This document shows positions 1 to 27,400 of a stretch of DNA of 64,000 nt, one piece after another. Under the pieces are notes generated by a model that worked only from the letters and a program-made list of their open reading frames with translations, ran no database searches and was not told the DNA's origin. Each line of letters begins with the position of its first letter. Position 1 is the stretch's first letter. The position numbers and the translations under genes were made by a program. Source of the stretch: Tubiluchus corallicola (Eukaryota; Animalia; Priapulida); NCBI GenBank assembly GCA_030141605.1, contig JAQGDQ010000046.1, positions 62,001 to 126,000 on the forward strand, written 5' to 3'.

Positions 1-209
1 TAGATTAATCTGATTATAATCAACAAGACTTTGGACGTATTTGTTGATAAATAGTTTCTGTCAAACCTCTTTTTATTGAGATAATTTATGTAATTTGACA
101 TAAAATCTTTCCATTATCAGATCTAAGGATGTATTTACACAAGTTTGTAAGAGTTTGCTTTAAAATCTTATGAAAAGTATCATAATTTTGCTTTTTCTCT
201 GCCATACAG

Positions 210-15163
<14,954 letters not shown>

Positions 15164-17458
15164 ATCTTAATTCTATTGTAGAATCAGAGGAAAGTTTTTC
15201 TGCATAACAAACTAAGATTAGGGTGCAGTTTCCTTATTCATGCTTTAAGATGCACATTAATCTCCCTATACAGTGGAATTTGGATTATGTGGACAATTCA
15301 TTATTCAGAAAACCCAAATGGTCTAATGTGGGCTATCTGACTTGCCTAATTAAGTGGTGAAATAAGTATCATCTTTATTGCTGCTCATACTTGCTTTTCT
15401 AGTGTACGTATTGAAGAATAGTTGTACTTCAATAAGAAATTTAACAAAAAAGTTTCAGTTTCAGTTTCTAATAAATACACAGCCAGGAATAATGTGTAGC
15501 ATATTTGCTGGCATTCCAGAAGCAACTTGTAATCAGCACATGGGGAAACAAAAGAGATTTCTTAAACTCAAAAAATAGTGATGGGTTTTGTCAAAAGAGT
15601 GTAAAATGGTTCATCAGAAAACAGGAAATCAAGCTTACATAAAAACTTAACCAAAAAAGTGCTGTCTTACTGAAAATAATAGCAGAAGGTTTTGCATGCG
15701 ATGTTTGGTTACAATTGTGTTTAGAATTTAATTAGCTAACTGCAGTGCTAGGACCTGATTATGTAGTTTTGTCTTTCCTACAAGGCACATATGCAGATAA
15801 AATGTACCTACAAAGTGAAACTACCACTTATAATTATGTAAATGAATCCAAACGAGGTTGTGCAAACGATGTCATTTTCCAAATAACTTTGTGCAATAGG
15901 TTACCCCCAGTAATGTCATATTTTGTAGGTGGTTATGTCCATTTGTGCAATTGTAAAATTCTTTAAATGTGCATTTTGTTAAATACAGTAAAATGCCACG
16001 TTGAAGTGAAAGAATTGTGAAACTGCTGTCTTTTGTACTTCCTAAAAGTTATAAATACATAATTGCGACTATTTTAAGGCAAAAGATTTTCAAGGTGAGT
16101 AATCAGTACTTATGGCTGAGCACTGATAGTATTATGGCTATTGTTAAGCAAAGCGTAGCTCGCAAGTAATGCAGCATTTCTTACCAATAAACTCTTATTG
16201 CTTAGTTTTTGCTTTTCTAAGAAGTGTACACGGGCTCAGTACTGTAATATATATTCTGTAATAAAAACGCTTGTGTGTATTAAGTGAAACTCAAGTTATT
16301 TTGCTCACTGTTGCTACTATATAGATCGATATACATACAATATTTTTCTTTTTACAGAGAAATTATTTAAGAGCTGTAGAACTGAGAACAGTGGAACTTC
16401 TGTTTTTTTTTTCAAGTTATATAATTATAAATAAATCATGAATGCCTGATATTCATACATGATCTTTACAACTCTGATGTGACTTTTTATTTTGAGTTTT
16501 GATAAAATTGCTGCTTCATCAGTTACAAGCTATTAACCAATGCTTTGGGGAACAGTTTGTAAAATGTTGTAATTTTTAGTATAAAAATTACTGATTGCAT
16601 TGAAAATTATGTTATTTCTTACTGATGATATTTTATTAAACAAGCATGACTGAGTTTTGTTTTCTAACAAGCTATGTTTGTATGGTATGTTTCATTTGAT
16701 AAAATATATAATTAGTAGTGGTCAAGGCAATGAACAAACTGTTTTTATGCTAAATATAACAGTAAACATTCTGAGCTGCTACTACCTAGCACTGGTTATA
16801 AACCATACTGCAGTGGGTTAAAATTGTGGTAATCCTCGTCCAATGCTACATAACTTTTATAACACCCAAGGTTTTTGTGAGAAAAGAAATAATTTTTTCG
16901 TACAGTCATGTAGTTAAAAGTGCAAATAGCCATAACTCAAAGCCTGTAAAAAACTGCTGCTAAACGCATAATACTATCATGCATTTCACAAGAGATACAA
17001 CAAGATACAATTCAATCTTAATATTAATAATCGCAGTCGTTTATTATAAGCGTTGATTTGGCTCATTAATTGATCTTGTGGATTTCGAGTTGGCAGCTAA
17101 CATAAACACCTAAACAACAGATTCTAGGTCAGTTTCTTTTAAAGTACGCCTAACACTCAGTGAATATAGTATTGTACAGTATTGCACAGAAAACATTTTG
17201 TGTGAATAATTTTTATGACTCACAATTCTTTTTTGTGGTGCCCTAGATATTGTTGAAATAAAATGCTAATCTAAAGTTGTGGAGTCATCTGTTTTGTTCA
17301 TTTTAAAATCTAAAGCTAAAGTAGAAAACCAGTAGACATGTTTTAAAAATTCCAATAATTATTATTATATTATTGCTGTATATGCTTAATCTAGTGAAGT
17401 TATCCTAAAAAATTATTGTGAGACTTACTAAAAATTTAATAAAGAAATGAGTACGTTT

Positions 17459-17940
17459 TGTAACATCGACTTTTATTGGTGCCCAAATGTTGGCAAGTGT
17501 CCCCGTGCTTACTTGTCCTATGTCCTATGCCAAAATCACGTTCCTGCATCGCAATGCTGTACAACCTATCAACACCGCACACACGCACACATCTACACCA
17601 TATCCAGATTCAACAGAAGGAACCTGAGAGGATTCCTAGCTACTTAACTAGGCAAGATGTGGGAATCCTGTGTAAGCCTGTAGACAGGCCTACTGAGTGA
17701 TAACTGGTTGTTAAACCTGAACATTAATCTCGCGCAGCAAAGTATCATAAGCTCCGGTATGGGGGCACCCGCACTGCCCGTCATACATCCAACAAAAATG
17801 ATTTCCTATAGCGAAAGCACGACAGCATGTGGTCGGATAGAGATAATGCACATTGCTAACGTTCGGGTAGTTACCATGCGATCAGCTGACGGCTGCTTCA
17901 ACCATGGCTCTTTTTTGGTTAGTGTGACGTGTCCACTAAA
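17459..17940 (-). mobile_element. Candidate solo LTR or other GC-richer insertion
   Basis: A ~480-bp segment visibly more GC-rich than its flanks. The minus strand ends ...AATAAAAGTCGATGTTACA (polyA signal plus an LTR-like GTTACA end). The other terminus and a TSD could not be identified. Confidence 0.3.
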
Positions 17941-18499
17941 AATTATAATTTCTTTTTTGCAGATAGCTTGCTGGTTAGTGTGCTGTGGGAAAGTATTCCC
18001 AATAAGTTATTAGTTGATATTCGTGTTTTACTTAATTTACATACAAATGATATTACATACCTAAGTAATACTAGTACTAGTAGTAGTAACTAATATTACT
18101 AGTAATAGTAATTTTTAGGGTCATAATTTTGTTATTGTTTTTTAATTTGGACGTAGGCACAGCCATGCGCCGATTAGACTCTTACGCCATGCAAACTAGT
18201 ATTATGCGTGAGGTCTAGGCATTTGTCAATGATTGGTCGCCCGCTGAATTCAAAGCCAATTGGCAATACACTTAATCTTGCCCCAAATTTACCGTTACAG
18301 CACCACTTATTATATTTTAGTTTATTTTAATTACCATTTTAACCAGGCACGCCGGACTCGACTGTATTTATGTAATATTGTGCCTTTTGTTCTAAACTTG
18401 CTCACTTTAAATAATAAGTAGACTTCTTTTTATTTCATAGAAGTTAATAAAAGAAGTACCGATTTGACTTCCGACCTAAACATTAGACAATTAAATTTT

Positions 18500-21400
18500 A
18501 TGGTGCCTGTAATTTTAACGTCTTTATTTAGGAACTGTTTTGTGTTGCTTCTTATCGACACCGTGGTTGCTGACGTCGTTACTGAACCTCATCTGCATGT
18601 TGATGAATGCTTGTCAGAACCTTGTCTGAATGGCGGCACTTGTTTAGATGGCACAAATGTTTACGTATGTGTATGCCAAATTCATTATACTGGTGTTCAG
18701 TGTGAAACGCATAATGAATGTTTCTCAAGCCCTTGTCGAAATGGAGGGACATGTATTGATGGTAGAAATAAGTATGAGTGCAAATGTCCTCAGGATTACA
18801 CCGGCAAAAACTGTGAATTGCTTATTAAGCCTGGCAGGTGTCCTGAACCAAAAAAATTGGGTGGTGATGACGTGTGTCCTGTTGACTTATGCAATGCTGA
18901 CAGTGACTGCTCAGATGAAGAAAAATGTTGTAAATTTGAAAAGTGTGGACCAGTTTGTGTTACACCTTTATTAACAGTCTGCGAAATTAATCGAGCCAAC
19001 TTCAATTTACAGCACGTTTCCAGTCTATCAAGCAGTGGGTATACAGATCATTATCCACAGTGTATGGCAAATGGTGAGTACCAACGGCATCAATTTGACA
19101 TTAATAATGGTTATTCGTGGTGTGTTAACAAAACTGGTGAAAACATTCCAGGATCAAAGAGGTCATTGTCAGCCCCAATAGCTAACTGTGATGAGCCAAT
19201 CTTACAGGTATGCACCATGTATAATTTGATTTTAGTGTGTTCTATTTGCTAAACTCCTTCGACTTTACTCACTATTAAAGTTTAACATTTTTAATCAATG
19301 CATCCTTGAAAACCAAAACATGTTTTTGGCGTTACAAGAAGTGTGCTTACTATGGCAATACAGTGTCGATATTTTTTATTATTGCAGGAATGTGAATTCA
19401 CAAAGGCTAACTGCCCATTGAAATGTGTTCATGGATTTGAATCTCATCATGATACGCTTTGCCCTTTATGTAAATGTAAACTTTCACCATGTGAACTTGT
19501 TAAATGCCCTGGCTCTACATACTGCAAATTCTTTCACGTAGACTGCGGTCATTTTCATTGCCCAAAACTTGCCAAATGTTCTAAGACTGATAAGCTTGGA
19601 CACTGTCCTTACATTACTGAGCTTAACATGATGCGATGTCCTCCTATTTCATGCAGATATGACACAGACTGTGTAGCAGAGGAAAAATGTTGTTATTTCA
19701 CTGCATGTGGACATACCTGTATCACACCTATTCTAACGGCTTGTCAAATCGAGCAAGTAAATTTTGACCTGAAAAGCTCATCAAGTAACTTCAGTGCTAT
19801 GTTTGGCTTTCATCGACCCCAGTGTCAAAGCAATGGTGAATATAATCCCTCGCAAGTTCACATACATACTGGCGATTCATGGTGCGTTAATAAAACTGAC
19901 GGCTCAGAAATTCCAGGAACTAAACGGAACAATGATCTGCCAGTGGCAGATTGCAATGCATCTTCTACTAATCTGTGTAAATTTAACATAAATGTGTGCC
20001 AAACTAAATGTGAGTATGGATATTTGGTTGATGAGGTCACTTTATGCGCTACTTGTAACTGCAAAGCTTCTCCATGTATGGGGGTTTACTGTGCAAGTTC
20101 ACAGGAGTGTCAACTAAAAGAAGTAATGTGTCGTACCAACAATTGCCCAAAACTTGCAAAATGCCCTCACATAGTCAAACCTGGAATATGTAAATATACA
20201 GATTTGTTTACCAGCAGCAAATGTCCAACTCGTTTGTGTGTTTACGATAATGATTGTCCTGCAGAACTAAAATGTTGCAAGTTTTTAAAATGTGGCAAAG
20301 TTTGTTCTGCTACTGTCTTAGGAGCATGTCATCTCGAGCAAATGAATACTAATAGTCGCATTTTGAGTTCACATCCAGTAAGTGTCGGTGCCTTTCTTCC
20401 TCAATGTTACAGTAATGGTACGTATAAAAGCACACAAATTCATGACAGCTTTGGTTATTTGTGGTGTGCTAATGAAACAGGTCATGCTGTGCCTGGAACA
20501 AAGCGGCTTGCTGCCGAAAGTAACTTTTGCACACATTCAGCTGTTTTGGGACAGCTTAGTTGTGAACTAAGCTTAGAAGACTGTAAAAAGAAATGCCCTT
20601 TTGGATACAAAACTGATAACATGACTCTGTGTCCAATTTGCGATTGTAAACCATCTCCTTGTAATGGTGTTCAATGCCCAGGTCTACAAGAATGTCATTT
20701 GATTAGTGCTGAGTGCTCTGATGACCATTTTTGCCCTAAACTTGCAAAATGTACAGACCTTTATTTAAACGACAATGGCACTTGCATTGATATGAAAAAT
20801 GCCACACATACCGAATGTCCAAGCAAACTCTGTGCTAGTAATGCTGATTGTCAGACTGGTCAAGAGTGTTGTCATTTGTTAGGCTGTAATAGCATGTGTG
20901 CTGCTAAGCTATCATTATGTCAGAGAGAACAAGCAATTGTTGATTTGAAATTGTCAAGTGTCAATCCAGCACTTAAAGGTATTTACCGCCCGCGCTGTCA
21001 AAATAATGGTGACTACCAACCTTTACAGTTTCTTAACAGCACTGGCACAAGCTATTCATGGTGTGTTACTCCAGAAGGTAAGCCAATTTATAAAACATTA
21101 ACACAGTCAGCTTACAGAGACTGTGCATCAGTGCAAAATAAACCTGGAATCTGTCAGAATTCTACCGCATTTCTAAAAAGAAACTGCCCCCATCGGTCAT
21201 GCAGAAGAGATTATGACTGCCTAGCAGAAGAAAAATGTTGTGATTTCGACAATTGCGGGAAAGTTTGTATTACTCCAGTATTAACTGCATGTCAAATTGA
21301 ACAAGCAAATTATAATTTGGAAATGTCTGACAGTAATTCAAACTCATTTGTTGCTTTTCATCCTCTGTGTACTGGCAGTGGTGAATATCAACCCATCCAG

Positions 21401-24400
21401 TATGACCCAAAGGACAATAGCTTATGGTGTGTTTCTCAAGATGGTCAGCCAGTTCCAGGTACTAAGAGATTTCCTCTTTCTAATCCAATAACATGTAAAG
21501 CTGCGATAGAATGTGAGGGTCAAAAGAGTAAGTGTCAAAGAAAGTGTGCATATGGACATAAACTTAATAATAAAACATTTTGCCCTACATGCGAATGTAA
21601 ACCATCTCCATGCAAACACATTAAATGCCCCGGTATTCTAAAGTGTGAAATTCTGCACTTGGATTGTGGCTCAGCTTTTTGCCCTAAATTAGCAAAGTGT
21701 GTAAAAACAAAAAGTTCTGGTGTGTGCCCTGAATCAAGGGAATTTCATGAAAATGAATGTCCGGTTAATAAATGCAATTCAGATTACGATTGTCCATTTA
21801 ATAAAAAATGTTGCAGCTTTGAAGACTGTGGAAGAATCTGTTCTATTCCTGTGTTGGACGCATGCAGAATTGATCAAATAAATGCAGAACTGGTAAATTC
21901 TAAAATTCGTTTACCTCAGTGCACATCTAGTGGAGACTACTTACCCATACAGTTTGACGAAACTTATAGGTACTCATTTTGTGTTAACCAAGCTGGAAGT
22001 CCTATTCCCGGCACAAAGCACTATAAAGATAAGTTACCTACAGTTGACTGCTATGCCATAATGGAAAAAATAGGGCATCATCTCATATCTCTAAATACTG
22101 AAACTAAAAAATGCCCTCCACAGGCATGCCGTTACATCCGCAATAAGGCTGCAGCAAACAGCTCAAAAAACTGCAGTGATTACATTTATAACAGTACAAG
22201 TTGTAAGCAATCTTATAATGCTAGATCTGAGACAGGGGTAGAGCAATGCCACTTAAATTTGTGTAACAATACTTACTCTTTCTCAACTACAAACAGATTA
22301 TATGAATGTAGGAAAAATTACTGTCCTTTAAAATGCATTTATGGGTATGCAGTCCACAGTGAAACTCTTTGTCCTATGTGTCAGTGTAAGCCTTCGCCAT
22401 GTGAAGGTGTTGTGTGCTCTGATTCTCAAGTTTGCCATGCTGTGGACATAGATTGTGGAATGGAAATTTGTCCAAAATTAGCAAAATGTATTTTAAAACA
22501 GTGGTTTCATTTAAAAAGTATTGGATGCTCAACTCATATTTGCAAGAAAACTGGTAAGTGGAAAACTTGGATGACTTCTTGCCAGATAAGTCAGAAAAAT
22601 GCAGACTTGTGCCAGGTGACTCACTCAGGTTTTGGAGAAATGTACCATCCTCAATGTACAAAATTAGGTGAATATGAAAAGAGACAGTGGGATGCAACCA
22701 GAAGTTTTTCTTGGTGTGTTACCAGCAATGGCATTGAAATTCCAGGAACACTGCGACATAAAGACGAGAAACCTGCTGACTGCTACGCAATTGGGGAAAA
22801 AGAGGGTCTATGTCATGGCTTTGGTGAATTTAAAAATGCTAAATGTCCACAGTTGATGTGTAGTAGCGATAGTGATTGTCCGTTTGACGAAAAATGTTGC
22901 AATTTTGAAAAATGTGGGCAAGTTTGTGTCAGTCCTGTACGAGAACTAAATAGGCGGGGTATTTGTTATGATCCTAGTTACTATGAAAATGTCACAGTGT
23001 GTCCAACTCAGTCATGCAAAACTGATAATGACTGTGAAGCAGAGAAAAAGTGCTGCCCTTTTACTGCATGTGGAAATGTTTGCACTGCGGCTTTGATGGC
23101 AACTGTGAGCAAACCTGGGGCATGCTTAGACAATAATGAATTTGCCAAAAAAGAGTGCCCGACATCATCCTGTACTGTTGACATCGACTGCCCATTGGAT
23201 AAAAAGTGCTGTCAATTTGAAAAATGTGGAAGAGTGTGCTCTGACCCACTGTTACTGCAAAATGAATCAATCATTTGTCCAAATCCAAAGATGTTCATCA
23301 ATAGCCAATGCCCAGCTGAGACATGTAAAAATGATAGTGACTGCACGTTAAGTAAAAAGTGTTGCCACTTTGATGTGTGTGGACAAGTTTGTTCGAGTGT
23401 TGATTTTGTTCTAAATAAGCCAGGACATTGTTACATACTTAACAAAAATGATGCCCAGAAGTGTATAAGTTTACCTTGCCAGTCTGATGCCGAATGCCCA
23501 GGTGATAAAAAATGTTGTTTTTTTCCAGATTGTGGAAAATCCTGCTCCAAACCAGTACACTTGTCAATACAAAAATCAGGTATTTGCCCAAACACGTTTA
23601 AAGGTCATAAATGTCCTAACCAGAAATGTAGTGATGACATCGATTGCAAAGGAAAGGAGAAATGTTGTTATTTTCTGAACTGTGGTTACGTTTGTTACTT
23701 GCCAATTATTTCAGGTTTGCAAGTATGTAATGTTAGCACCGGCGATTGTCAGGTGAATTGCACTCATGGGTATATTATTGATAATGAATCTATGTGTCCC
23801 ACATGTAAGTGTAAACCTTCACCCTGTGATGTTATTCACTGTCCAGATAGGCAGGACTGCGAACTGATGACCATTGACTGCGAAAGTGACTTCTGCCCTA
23901 AACTTGCTAAGTGTGTGGAAAAAAGTAAACCGGGAAAGTGTCCTTCTCGTTCTCTCTTTGACATAAAGTTTTGCCCACACCAGCTTTGTCAATCAGACAG
24001 TGATTGCCCAAGAGAAGAAAAGTGTTGCCAGCTAGATGTATGTGGATTGGTGTGTCTTACTCCAAAATTAACAAATTGTCAAATAGAACAAGCTAACATA
24101 AATTTGTATTTGCTTAGCATGTCAACGGATGTTATAAAACCTCATTTTCCCAGCTGTTTTATTAATGGTGAATATAAGCCGCTGCAATATAACATCGCTG
24201 CAGGTTATTCGTGGTGTATTAACAAAGACGGCTTTGCAATCCCGGGTACAAAACGGCTTCTTGGATCATTGACTCTTGATTGTGATGTATTTACAAGTAA
24301 AGCAGGGATATGCCATAATGATATAGAACTTCAAAAAAACAAGTGTCCTCGTTTTTCATGTAGCAGTGACTACGATTGTCCAAATTCTGAAAAATGCTGT

Positions 24401-27400
24401 TTGACTAAGACATGTGGTTTTATTTGTTATCCTCCAATATTTTATGAATCAAAACCAGGAGTTTGCTATGACTCACGACATTTCGATGCACTTTACTGTC
24501 CAACAGAATTGTGTAATAATGATTTTGATTGCCGTGCTTCTGAAAAATGCTGCATGTTTTTGGAATGTGGCAGTGTATGCTTTCCACCTGCTTTGCCTAT
24601 AACCAAACCGGGAAATTACCAAAATCCAAAAAACATTACACATTACACACTAAATAGATCTAAACCTGGAATATGTCACCACCCAAACACGTTTAATGCC
24701 AGAAATTGTCCCAGCGTATCTTGTGAAAATGATTACAACTGTCCTGCAGGAGATAAATGTTGTTTTTATGATGCATGTGGAACTGTTTGTTCAGCACCTT
24801 TATTATCAGCAAACAAGCCAGGTGTATGTCATCATTCAAAGTTATTTAAATACAAAGATTGTCCACCTGTGCCATGCTACACTGACATAGAGTGTCCTTC
24901 AGATGAAAAGTGTTGTTATTTTGAAAGATGTGAAACTGTGTGTTACACACCAATAGTATCTATAACTAAACCCGGTGTTTGTCCTGAAATACTTGGTTAT
25001 ATCATGTGTCCCAATGAATCATGTAGTGATGATATCGATTGTCTGGAAAACAAGAAGTGCTGTTACACCATATCTTGTGGAAATGTGTGCTTAACACCAA
25101 ATGAAAGGAATTCTGTTGCATGCAAAGACTGCCACTTAAACTGTGTTTATGGATATGAAATTGATTTTGAGACTTTATGTCCAATCTGTAACTGTAAAGC
25201 TTCTCCATGTGCAAATGTGCAGTGTCCTGGAACGCAGCAGTGCAGAACAATAGACATGGAGTGTGGCTCCCATTTTTGCCCAAAACTTGCCCAATGCATG
25301 AAAACAAATAAACCAGGAAAATGCCCAACTTACTATGCTTATGACAGACATACATGTCCAAATCAGTTATGTAGTATTGACGATGACTGTCCAATGGAAG
25401 AAAAATGCTGTTATTTTGAACCATGTGGAAGTGTGTGCTCAACACCAGTATTATCAGCATGTCAGATAGAGCAAGTAAACTACAATCTGAAAAAATTTGG
25501 TAGTGAACAAATAAATACAGAAAACACTCAACCGCAGTGCTTAAGCAATGGTGCGTATAGTCCAGAGCAGTCTGATATGAGTACAGGTTACTCGTGGTGT
25601 GTAACTCAAGATGGAAATCCTATTCCAGGAACGAAAAATTCGACAAACACTTTACGGCCTAACTGTCACGAAGTGGAGCAAAAAGCTGGAGCATGTTATG
25701 ATTTAAATACAACAGAAATAGAAGTGTGTCCTTTTCACTCCTGTAAAGGAGATTATGATTGTTTGGCTGAGGAGAAATGCTGTTACTTTTTAACATGTGG
25801 CCGAGTTTGTTTCAAACCATTGTTACAAATTAACAAGCCAGGAATTTGTCCTCATTCCAGTCACTTCAATGTTAGCACATGCCCCCTGCAGAATTGCAGC
25901 AATGATATCTTCTGTCCTGCTGAGCAAAAGTGTTGCAGATTTATTGATTGCGGAAATGTTTGTACTACACCTATTGTGTCTAGAAACAAGCCTGGTTTGT
26001 GTTATGACACTGTTCACTTTGAAAGCAAGCTATGCCCCAAAACAGTATGTCATAATGACATTGACTGTCCACTACAGAAAAAATGTTGTTATAGCAAGAC
26101 ATGTGGACATATTTGCGTCTTACCAAAAAGTTCTGGCAGAAAGAGGGGCTTGTGCTTAAATAGTGATCACTTTGAATATAAAAAATGTCCACACCTGTCA
26201 TGTAGGAATGACAATGACTGTCCAGCTAGTGAAATATGCTGCAACTTTAAAAATTGTGGTAATGTTTGCTCTAAACCAATTTTATCTGTAAATAAGCCAG
26301 GAATTTGTTATGAACCAGATAAATTTCATAATAATGATTGTCCAAAAGTTGCTTGCATGAATGACATTGATTGTCCTTTTGAGGAAAAGTGTTGTCAGTT
26401 CTTAAAATGCGGAAATGTGTGTTTTAAGCCTGTGCTATCTATTAACAAGACTGGTACTTGTCCCATAAGCTTTAGTTGTGAAGAATGTCCTCATCATTCG
26501 TGTGATAATGATATAGACTGCAAAGGTGAGGAAAAATGTTGCAATTTTACATGTTGTGGAAAAACCTGTACTGCTCCAGTCGAAAAAAGTTTTGTAACTT
26601 GTCAAAATAACACAGTAAATTGTCACACGGAATGTATTCATGGATATTCAGTAGATAACGAAACTCTTTGTCCTACTTGTAAGTGTAAAGCTTCCCCTTG
26701 TGAAAATGTAACTTGCACCGGAACACAAATGTGTGAAGAATTAGATGTGCAGTGTGGAAGAAGTTTTTGTCCAAAGCTAGCTAAGTGTTCCAAAGTCACA
26801 CGACCAGGAAAGTGCCCTGACCCTAGTAAAATAATTAGTGGTGGACTGTGTACACATGATACCTGCAGCACAGATGCTGACTGCCCTGCTAATACCAGAT
26901 GTTGCTACACTTCAGCATGTGGCACTGTTTGCATTACTCCAATTTTAACAAGATGTCAGGTAGAGCGAGCCAATATTGATTTTAAGATGAGATTTGGAGG
27001 CCTAGCTTATTTACAGATTTATCGCCCCTTGTGCAAAAATGATGGCATGTATTCACCTTTACAAGTACAGAACAGCAGTAGCTACCGTTGGTGTGTCAGC
27101 CCAGATGGTCAGCCAGTTCCAGGAACAAAGAGACCACTGAGTGCAGTGCCTATTGATTGTGACATTTTACAAGGGAAACCTGGTATTTGTCCAGACTCGT
27201 ATGAGTTTGAGGATGGCAAGTGGCCAAGTCAAACTTGTGCTGCAGATCACGAATGCCCAGGTGATGAAAAATGTTGCAATTTTGCTTCACACAGAAAAAC
27301 TTGTACTCCTGCATTGCTGTCATTGAACAATCCTGGAAGTTGTCCACCTACCAATTACTTTAATGGTAGTTCGTGCCCCAAACAAGCTTGTACAAATGAC

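Noticed and set aside
19343-19387. Start of the 4441-aa ORF as given in the ORF track
   Set aside because: Non-ATG start lying in the 180-bp intron. The coding sequence joins from the upstream EGF exon at ttgcag|19388.
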